A DNA stretch of 54,926 nt from Pseudovirgaria hyperparasitica (lineage: Eukaryota), in the NCBI GenBank assembly GCA_010093815.1, contig ML996592.1; one strand, written 5' to 3'. A program made the position numbers and the translations under genes. The notes under the pieces were generated by a model. That model had not been told where the DNA came from. It was given only the letters and a program-made list of their open reading frames with translations, and ran no database searches. Shown here piece after piece: positions 38,228-48,010 of this stretch (the first letter of the stretch is position 1; every line of letters begins with the position of its first letter).

Positions 38228-40496
38228 ATGGCCCCTCGTCGGCGATTAGATAATAAGGACGCAAAGCATCGCTCGGCGGAGTACTATATTAGCCAGCGCA
38301 AGACGTTCAACAAAGCCGAAGTCAACGTGCGAAACCACAGCCCGTCGACCAGGACGCTGAAGAATCTGGTCCACAAGAAATGGGAAGAGTATGGCCTAGC
38401 TATCCCTTCGTGACGAGACTTCCGCAGCCTGTTCTCCCTCGTGGAAGCCTAGTGTAAACTGACGTCCTCAATAGGTATTTTCGCATCGTGGACGGTGATG
38501 CTGTAGAGGCGCTCAAGAACTTCGAAATGATAGATATCTACGGTTTCTTTGACTGGTGGATCGAAGAGTCATGCGGAAGTTTTGACGCTTGCTCCACGTT
38601 GCAGACCTATTGGAACGTGCTGGGTCTTGTACGCCATGAAAATTTCCATCTGATGGTGGATCCGACCACAAAGGAAGAGGCCACGAATGTAAGTGAGCGT
38701 CAATCTTGCCACGAGGTCGCTCACCCCTTCACAGGCAAGGCAATCGCTTGCGGTAAAACATCGACTCCGAAAAGAACCCAAAGAAAAGCCGATCATGCGA
38801 GCGGAGGACGAGTTTGAGTGCCTCCAGACTCTATGGAGCTCCCGAGAGATCATCTTCGATTTGGAATTGCACCGCCTCGTGCTTGCTCTCATCATCCAGC
38901 TAGCGGGCATCACGGGTAACCGGCCGAAAGCACTCCTCACCCTTCGCTACAGGCACGTCCAGGTAGCCTTGCTTCCCGACCCTAGAGGGGGCAGCCGACC
39001 ACGGGTCTTGATCGAATTGAAATTTGAGCAGACCAAGGGTTACCTAGGTCAGAAGGATGCGTAAGTCCCTCCCCTTAAGTTCAAATGTGCAAAAGCTCAA
39101 CCTGAATGGCCTCTAGCAATACCATTCCTGTTCCAGATATCCTTAACGAGACTTGTTTGATGCTTTGTCCGCACATCACTCTTCTCGCCCTGGCCTTCAG
39201 GCGCGGCGCATTCGCCGTGCCCGATTTGACGCCGGCGCAGTTCTACGACCTGAAAGTGCTTCCTGGACAACGACAACAGTTGATTCCATGGAAAGAGGAG
39301 GTGCAAGACGACTATCTATTCCCGAGATCAGTGAAGACGTCACTGGGGATCGAGGTTGGCCATGATCACCTTCCATACGATTCCCTGCGCCAACGATTGG
39401 CCAAGATCGGCGAGGTCACCGGAATGGCATTGCCCGTAGGAGCGTATTGCTTCCGACGAGGGAATGGAGAAGCTTTGGACAGCAGCAGTAATGTTGCACG
39501 TTCTGACCAGGACGAATCTAGAGTGGCTAATGGGACACAGGCCACATCAGCGAGGCACAGCGTAATCTATGCCTACAACACGGGCCCAACTCGGCTGTAT
39601 TCCAGCGAAACTATCTATCGCGACACATCACTGCTGACACACAGGCGGCGTTCCGTGGACTCGAACCCCAGACGGATGTGATGCGTGTGGCTACCGGCAT
39701 GAGCCGTACTATCGACAAACGGCGCCCTACTCGCCTCAACCCGGAGCAGCAGGAAGAGGCTCATCGTCACCCTCGGGTACAGAAATTACTTCGGGAGAAA
39801 CTTGATCTGAAGGCGCAAATGAAGGACCACGGCCGAACTGTGAAGAGCTTCGAAGGTACTGCTCTGTATGATAGGTACCGGCTTGCTAAGCAAGCGTACG
39901 AGGGCGAATATATCTTCCAGCAGAGGTCGCTATTGAGACAAATGAAACAAGTCTTCAACTCTCAACAGCCCGTATTCGATATTGAGAGTCAGATACGCAA
40001 GACAGGCTCTGATAACGAGGATGGATCTAAGTCTCTTTTGTCGACGCGGCCCGAGCTGATACCTGAACGCGTTGCAGCACTTGAAGCTCTTTTGCAGCTA
40101 GTCCCATCCTCGCCGGGATCAGAACACGAAGACCGGGCTAAAGCCGTGCAGACACTTGTCGAATTAGCTCACGTACAAGACGGGCACCCCGTTGTCGTAC
40201 GGCGTCAAGCGCGTCGGCTCCTCAGTCCGCTCCCTGCGCCCGAGAGACCCCTATCCTTAGACTGTAAGCCACTGCAATGCTTCCTCTGCCTTGGGAACGC
40301 AAAGAACCCTGTGGCGCAGCGATCGTGGGAGTTTCACAGCAGAGGTGACTTGAAGAAGCATCTCCTTCGTCACGCGCAAAAGCATGAGGGCAAGTGGCCT
40401 CTTACATGTCCCATAGACGGGGAACGGATCATTCACCAGCAGCATTTGTTAAGTCATGCACACGCCAAACACAAGACGCCCTTGATTATAAGGTAA
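38228..40496 (+). CDS. DUF3435 tyrosine recombinase (Starship captain) with C-terminal C2H2-type fingers, 675 aa; exons 38228-38388, 38475-38688, 38735-39060, 39117-39487, 39541-40496
   Basis: Four GT-AG introns (86, 46, 56, 53 nt) join into a 2028-nt open frame; motifs STLQTYW, KEKP, LAGITGNRPKALL.LRY, TKGYLG, LCPH..LLALA, YCFRRGNG, SEAQRNLCLQH, VFQRNYLSR, MSRTIDKRRP, CFLC...KKH...H. Catalytic R-K-(Y)xxR-H-Y set present. Confidence 0.92.
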
Positions 40497-40621
40497 ACAT
40501 CTCTTCGCATGGTTTCATGCTACTAAAATTCGCAAATGCTATACTGCCCACCCTCCAGGCTTTCGCCACCATCATGTCTCGCACAGTGATTCGAACGCTC
40601 CGAAGTCTCTTGCAAAAGACT

Positions 40622-41416
40622 TCAGTGATGTATGCTACCAGGAGGAAAGAGATCGCGAAAGCCTCGTTCCGGGAAGACAAGTGAGAAATCACCGGAAATG
40701 ATACTATTGATTGCGATCGCGGGCGCAAGACGTTCAACGTACTTGTGCTGTAATACAGTAGATAATGCGCATGGTAGGTCACTGGCCATCGCATAACTTT
40801 CTAAGGTCGGTGTCACTGTAGGAGGCAGCAGAAAAATCTCAGGAGCATCTTCTACAGAGCCATCTCCACGCTGCTGTGCCAACTGTCGACTGATTTCGAT
40901 CGTGTCCCACTCTCCACTCTCTTCTTCATGTTTCTCATAGTCGTCGATATACTGTGCGATCTGGTTAAGGTCAATGTACCCTTTACAGTCGAACCATTTC
41001 CGTATTATCAAGCCCCATGTCCAAGGCCAGTTATCGTTCCATCGATACGATGCAGCATCAAGTTTAAGCCGAGCCGGGAGTAACGACGAGGGATCGATGT
41101 TGTGTTCGAAACAGGTGACGTGGAAAAATTTACGCTCGCGAACTCCAAGCATAATGCGGTAGTCGTCTTTGATCTCGACGTGTGAGCTCCTAGCCTCTTT
41201 CGCAAAATTACAACAGGCAGCTGAGCACCGCGCTCTTGCCATGTATTTGGGAGGCGTCAGCTGCAAGTAAGCTTCGAGGGTTAAATCATTGTCGAACTGC
41301 TGCACCAATAGTGTTCTTTGCTCCGCAATCGTTTCCTCGTCTGTCCCTGGAGGGTTTCTTGCACCCTCAGCAATATCTCTTGCTCCATCGTGCTCGGCAT
41401 TCTCTTCGGACATCAT
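40622..41416 (-). CDS. Hypothetical protein (264 aa) with a PARP-type zinc-finger-like motif, convergent with the captain
   Basis: Uninterrupted ORF; ARARCSAACC...IKDDYRIML...KFFHVTCFE resembles zf-PARP R.C..C...I....RI......HxxCF; followed by a Trp-rich WNDNWPWTWG segment. Confidence 0.65.
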   Translation of the reverse strand: MMSEENAEHDGARDIAEGARNPPGTDEETIAEQRTLLVQQFDNDLTLEAYLQLTPPKYMARARCSAACCNFAKEARSSHVEIKDDYRIMLGVRERKFFHVTCFEHNIDPSSLLPARLKLDAASYRWNDNWPWTWGLIIRKWFDCKGYIDLNQIAQYIDDYEKHEEESGEWDTIEISRQLAQQRGDGSVEDAPEIFLLPPTVTPTLESYAMASDLPCALSTVLQHKYVERLAPAIAINSIISGDFSLVFPERGFRDLFPPGSIHH

Positions 41417-43597
41417 GAGGTCTGCCGTAGAATCTTCGAATGAGACCTGCCTAAATTTTTTTCTTCGCCTGTTTGGTCTGCTTCGGTGGAGGCTAGATTG
41501 TGTACATTTGGAGAGCTTGTGAGCTGATGCAGAAATGCACTGGTGTGACCGAGGTGTCTTCCGTCAAGATGGGCCGATAGCCTTATTATAGAAGTAGAGA
41601 CGGATACCCTTGCATTTATATATCTGTCTCCTCAGCCAGAACATTGAGCACTTTGTTTGAGCGCGTGAAGGCACGGATTCGAGGGCATTCTGGTAAAGCG
41701 TTTCGATGGACTTCTAGAAGGACTTCGGATCCAAGCTCTCCCGCTACGCCGCACACAGACGACGCTTGGATGATAGGCCTCCATGCCTTTCCAGATTACC
41801 GGCATACGCTCTCAGTCACTTCTTTAAATCAGTGTTTCAACTGTTGAGGTATCAAGCTGCAGTCTTGTTTTAACAAGCCAGATTGGATTTGTAGCAGTCG
41901 CTGTTGGTATCCCAGCGGCAACGGCAGCGTAGGCGTGAACTATGGCCGCGTCTTCTCCGCACCCTAGCATCTGCGCTCCAAGATATTTACAGTTGCCGTA
42001 GACGTAGAATTTAATTGCAGTTGCAGGGACTACGCCTGCAAGGCTTGGCCCGAGACCTCGATAGAAGCCGCGCCAGCCTTCGGTATGGGAGATGGAGCCA
42101 ATGATCTGGAAGGTGCCGCGAATGTGGTCCTTCGATGGACCAAGAAAAGTAAGCCTGGACTGGACGGGAGACGCAGGAACGAGAGAAGGGCGGTGGTAAT
42201 CTGATTGGAGTCGAGTTCGCAGACCATCAAGCGGGGATGTAACAAGCGCTGTGGCTAATCCTCCATTGCTTTAAGCAACAAGTCAACTTTGTATAAGTAG
42301 ATCAAGGCTGTTCGTGACTTACGCGCCAGCAAGCAGATGTACCCAAGATCGTACCGGTCTCTGCTCTATCGAGCTACTATTTTTTGTCTTTGGAAGTATT
42401 GCTGAAGACTGAGAGCTGTGACGCATCGATTCCTGTGCCATTTTCGTGGTTCATCGACGGCTATGTGCGTGCAATGGAGTGCGAGCTACGACGAAACAAG
42501 TCGCGTTGAAACAGATGTACACGCATGCGACACAGAAGAATTCATTGGAAGACCAATCAAACGAGCAGTGAGAGAAAAATTGAGAGCGTGTTGATGAATA
42601 TGGAGCTTCTGTAATATCGCAGTGAAAATCTCGAGGAAACACGAATCTAAGCTGCGAGAAAGTCTTGGAGTTTCGGCAGAGCCGAGGAGTCCCCAGGGGC
42701 TGAGTCAAACAACCCGAGTCTTGCAACGTCTCCAAAGACTTTCAATTCGGACTGAGTGTAGTCTACAACAAGATAGTTCTTCCACTTCGAAATCAATTCG
42801 CGAAATCTGTAGGTTTTGCTCGTGAACGCGTTGCTCAGTATTGAGGACAGCCGTTAGCCACACAGTGCGCGACATGCTTGAACATTTCAAGTAATCGGCT
42901 CGACTATGACATGGATGTGCAGAAGTGGGCCCATTCACATGCCTACACGGTAGAAAATAAATTAGTCACACAAATGCGCCCAAATTGAATATTATCGATG
43001 CTCGCAGACTTCTACAATTCGCGCGTCGTTTTGACATTGCTGGACGGACGCTGACTAATCAAGAACGGAATGGGTCGTCCCATTTATTTAGCCTGAAACC
43101 TCTTCCAGTAGAAAAGCACAACACAGCGGGAACGCAAATTGTTGGAATTTAGTCGAAATAAAGCATCAGAATACGCGTGCCTGTGGCCGCGATAGTTGCT
43201 ACAGGTCATGGCGCGTCCCCCAACGCCCATTTGCACCTGCTTAGCTGCTGTTGCGGTCACAACGCGCCTGGACAACACACCCTGCGAGCAAGTCACGATC
43301 ACAACGCGTCCGTCAAAGCGAATGGCAGCCATCTAGCCAATCAAGCGAAGCGAAACATGACGACGAAGCCCAAGTACCCGATCACAATAGTCATCACCGA
43401 ATATACAGCCATCGACGGGCTCCCTGCAGAGCACTGCAGAGCCCAGCCACTCGACAATACTTGCAACATCCCGCATCAACAAGCTCTCGAATTGAACAGC
43501 ATCATCTCCTACTTGAATCGAACACCAGACACTCGGCATGCTACTGCAGATGCCACCCAATATTACAGTTATCAGACAGCCTCGCCCACTGTCGCCT

Positions 43598-43618
43598 CCC
43601 CCCCCCCCCCCCCCCCCC
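43598..43618. repeat. Poly-C tract (C21)
   Basis: Direct reading. Confidence 0.95.
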
Positions 43619-43619
43619 G

Positions 43620-43895
43620 AAAAAGCCGTGGAAAAGGATTGGTCACCCTCCAACACGCACCCGATAACGTCTGAGGAGATTCAAGCTGGAGCTCTCGTGC
43701 CTATTCTATCGACAGCTCGCACGAGCGGAGCGTCATATCCGTACATCAAGACCATTTATGTGCCACACAGTGCCAGTACTGACCTGGGTGGAACAAGCAG
43801 GTGCAGAAACTTCGGACGGCAATGTCGGAGTACGAAAACGACAGGTGGAGAATAATCGCGACCAAGGTTGGGAACGGTTTCTCTCTAGCCTCATG
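43620..43895 (+). pseudogene. Decayed MYB/SANT-domain gene fragment
   Basis: KKPWKRIG...RT (first repeat, decayed); putative intron 43741-43800 (GTACAT...ACTGAC...CAG); then VQKLRTAMSEYENDRWRIIATKVGNGFS, a fungal Myb-like helix-turn-helix, cut off at the dcl2 junction. Confidence 0.6.
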
Positions 43896-46800
43896 GATGG
43901 CACCTATGGCGCTCTCAACGATATCAGAGAAGACCTTCTCGGCCCTGGCTTGTTCCAATTCCGCCCAAGGATATTCATGGCCGTTGTATAGTGCCTCGAG
44001 AATTGCTGCACGAAGGCCTATATGACGCGCATGGATTGCATGCCGAGCTTGCAGTAAGTCTGGCGAGTTGTGACGCAAGAAATGATATAACGACCTGGTG
44101 AAGTCCTGGATTCCAGGTTCGGTGACGGAGTCCCACTTCCGTTTTGCCGTCTTTGGCAGATCGTAGCGCACTTCGGAGATCTTAAGCTCAAACATAAGAA
44201 AGGCGAGGAGGTATCCGTTGACAAGTGCGGTGCGGAACGTATGCATTAGAACGTGCGACAGCGGTGGATTGTGTGCGTACAATCTTGTCGAGATAATGTA
44301 GTCGATCACGGCATCGCCGAGGAACTCGAGTCTTTGGTAGGAGCTTATTCGCTCATGGTGCGGTGGTGAGTACGATGGGTGAGTCAAGGCTTCAGTAAGA
44401 AGAGATACTCGATCAAAGGTGTGGCCTAACAGTTCTTCGACCGGTTTGAAACGCGAGGGCGGAATACCAGTTGTTTCTGGGGTCGCTGAGAAGAGAATCT
44501 TGTTGGCATCATGTATCGAAAGCTATGGTTCCCGGGGAAGTAAAATCTGCATGCATGTCAATGCATCAGATATCCGACCTCTAGACAAATATGATGCGCC
44601 TATCAAGGACTCAACAACATCGGCCAAGGTTTTAGTAGAAAAATTGTCTTTCTGCTTGGCTTCTTGTTTTTCATATTGTCGAGCGTGCACATCAGATAAG
44701 TATTGCGGTCGCCACTTGACACCGGTAAATCCTGTTCGGATGATGTATTGATCGAGACCAGCATCCAGAGATGCTTTGGCAAGGTATCCATTTGAGACGG
44801 TGCGTCCTTTCTCGGCTGTGAGATAGCTCTCTGGCCAGGTAAGATTTCTTGCCATTAGGCGGATCGAAGAGGCGAACTTGAGTAAGGCATCACCGAGATA
44901 TTCCATGCGCTGATAGTTTACATGCTCTCTAGCCGACGTGGCACACAAAGCTGTCAAAACGAGATGCACATCAGTGAAACCAACATGAGCAAATATGCCA
45001 GCGGAAAGATTTTGGGCCACCATGTAAACTTCTAGACGATGCAAGACGCAAGGCGCAAAGGTCACAGCAGTGACAAGATCTGCTGGCAACATTTCGATGA
45101 CACTGTCCGCCAGTTCAAGTTCCAATACAGCTGTATACGCTGAATTTTGCTTTTCCCGGGCATCCACTTGGTGGAGGAAGTCTTTTCTCTTTGGAAACTT
45201 ATTCACCTTCAAAACATATTCCTTGGATCCTTGTGATTGTTCATCTCCTCTTTTATATATTTTTTGGAGTACAAATCGTTCACTGGCTCCATGACGCCGC
45301 ACCAATCCAAGACGACTTGAATGGCCATCCATGATTGGATGCTTCTCGAGGATCGTTGCTGGTAGAGCCCCAGATGTGGTCGCTACAAAGTCGTCGACTG
45401 CAGAAGTACTAAGCTCTACGTTGGGTAATAGAAGCACGACAAAGTCGAACTTGTTGGAAACTAAGCGGTGTGAACCCAGACTTGACGACAAGAGATGATA
45501 GGCGACTTTTTGAAGCGACTCGACCAGATCGTCTTCTATATGCATGGGTTGGTCCCTCTGGAGCTCATAGGAGACCTCGTATACCAGCGACTTGTTCCAA
45601 TATAGATTGTATGGTGGAATTGTAGGTAAAGGCATGGTCGTCATCACGTCAAACTCACAATTGTGGTTAGCACTAGAGAACCGGATGCGATACGTGTAGC
45701 GCTGGTCTCCTATAGCCGTCGCGTGAAGGGTCCAAGGATCCATCTTTGGATTGACTGGTACCATGGCTGGGCGGTCACCTATCATATCGCATTTAGGTGC
45801 TTCATTAACCTCACCATGCAAAGGCAACAAATTGCTGCCAATCAATCCGGCTTCATGCAAGGCCTTGTAGGCTTGAAAAGCAGCATCCTTTCTCGCGTCT
45901 TTCTCATTTTTCCACTTCGAAATACCCTTGTGACGTCGGAGAGAGGCGTCCACAGCCAGTGGAAGGGTAACCTCTGCCGAAAAACAGCCTTCGTTATCTG
46001 TATCGAGTTTAAATTCAGGTTGGTGGTCCGTATGTGGACTTGTCCTCAGGGTGGCGCAAAAATGAAAAAGATGAGGCAATACGCCATCGGAAGTAAGTAA
46101 GGCTCTATAGACAGCTAGTAAGCAAAGCATTGCGAATGAGAACAGACCAGGGTCTGTACTACTTACTGCGTCGAGGCAACATACAAGCTGTAGTCATCAG
46201 CCTCGTCGATTAACTCTGTACTGTTCATAGGCTTGATCTGACGCGACTCATCGGCATACTCGTCTTTCAGGATCTGCTCTAGTGTGGACCATTTTGTCAC
46301 CGAAGACGACTCTGATGCATTTTGAGGTATCATGATCACGAAACTCGAGGCCAATTTTCTGGCCCTGCCTCTGCGCTGCACATACATCTTCAGGTTTGTT
46401 GGCGCATCGAAACATATCACGACGTTACAATTTGGGACATCAATGCCTTCCTCAAGGACACTGGTGGTAACTATGAGGTTTTTACGACCCTCTCGAAAGT
46501 CCTTCAAGGTTTGGTCTTGACCTTTGATATCAACCAGTTCTGCAACGTCCTCGGATCGACTCGGAGATGAAGAAGTACCCACGAAAGCCCCAACCTGGAA
46601 AGACTGTTTTAGGTCGAGATCATTTCCGATCACATCTTCAAGAGCATTCACCACAGCTCGTCTTTCGGCGAAGATAAGACCCCTGAAGTCCTTGTGGTAT
46701 GCTTTCTTGAGATAGCTTATCAGGGCAGTAGCCTTAGCAGATGTACCCTCAGCAGGAGACCCAGAAGATACTAGTGCTACAATTTTGCGAAGCAATGCCA

Positions 46801-48010
46801 TCAGATGAGTCTTTTCTCGCCCGGACCAGCCGAGCATATGTGACTCCTCGTTCATTTCAACCGCGTCTTTGAGCCGGTCTACACACCGCACGATGTAACG
46901 TTCAGCTGCAATTGCGCCAAGCTGCTCACAAACGCTATAAGCCCTAGACTGAATGGACTTCAGCTGTTCCAGGCAATATGGATTCCTTCGCGAATGCCTT
47001 ACTAAGTTTGCATTCGGCGGTCGGATCGTAGCGCATCCTTTCATACAAGTCCTGGATATACGGATCACTCGCGAGATCATAACCTTGGTATGCTTCCTGT
47101 AGTGCTGTCATAATGGCATTACTTCTAATATTTCGCATTGAGAGGTCGACCTGAAAGAATACTGGTTCCAAATTAGGTCGATGCACGTGCTGCAAGAATT
47201 CAGTCTGATGGATCTTAGGAATGGTGACGTGAGAATCCAAGTTCTGCTCGATTGTTCTGAGAATGTCAGAGACCGGCAGATATTATATCTAGTGTACGTA
47301 CTGCAAAGCTTTTGGATCGCTGTTGATCACTGGGCTTGCGGTGAGACCGAGAATTGGCGGTACTAATGATGGGTTCTTTCGTCGCATTGTGTGATAGAAA
47401 TCATTCATAATCCTGTCCATTGGATGGTTCTTAGTACAATGATGGGCTGGGTGGCGTTAGAGATACAGCATTACTATATTGATCAGACATACCCTCGTCA
47501 AAAATGAGCAAAGCCAGTCTGGTCATTGGAACAAAACCATGGGTCAGAGCTTGAGCGAGTATATCCAACGTCGAAACGACTACACTCATATTGTAAAGCA
47601 CTGCATCCCACGTTCGCTGGTCGGTCCACGTGTCGACATTCTCGATGCTTGTGAGTTTTCAAATCTGGTAAGCCGGTAGTAGTGTCTGGAATACTTGATA
47701 CTGTTGATTGCACAGAGCCACAGTCGGAGCTATAAACCAGACAACCTGAATGTCAATTAACCTTGAATCAAACACGTGACCAGCTCCAGGCAGTGACAGA
47801 CATACTTTATACGGGTCGCAAGTCTCTAACTCTGTTCGAGCTCTACTAATGGCTATGTGGGTCTTGCCGCTACCAGTATCCATCTATAAACGAACATTAG
47901 CCACAGAAAGGCATAGAATGGGAAAGCAGTCTCAGACTTGCCGCCACGATTATGTTTTTCTCAAGGCTCTTCTCCAGCATTTCAGTTTGTTAGGACCAAA
48001 ACCGAAACAT
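43893..48010 (-). pseudogene. dcl2: Dicer-like 2 pseudogene: DExH helicase, helicase C, Dicer-dimer domain, RNase IIIa, truncated RNase IIIb; no dsRBD
   Basis: Motifs [131 protein letters not shown]. Introns 47884-47941 (GC-AG), 47746-47805, 47447-47492, 47257-47301, 46105-46166. Disablements: TAA 47990-47992, TGA 47659-47661, frameshift ~46986, TAG 44523-44525, 3' truncation ~43893. Confidence 0.93.

Noticed and set aside
41644..43674. Small ORFs between the zf-PARP-like gene and the MYB fragment, including poly-Pro/poly-Gly ORFs
   Set aside because: No recognisable domains and conflicting overlaps; the poly-Pro/Gly runs come from the C21 tract
43746..47883. Separate intact helicase and RNase III genes
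   Set aside because: These ORFs are colinear pieces of one dcl2 split by introns, stops and a frameshift; the last ~49 aa of the 43746 ORF are read-through into antisense MYB sequence
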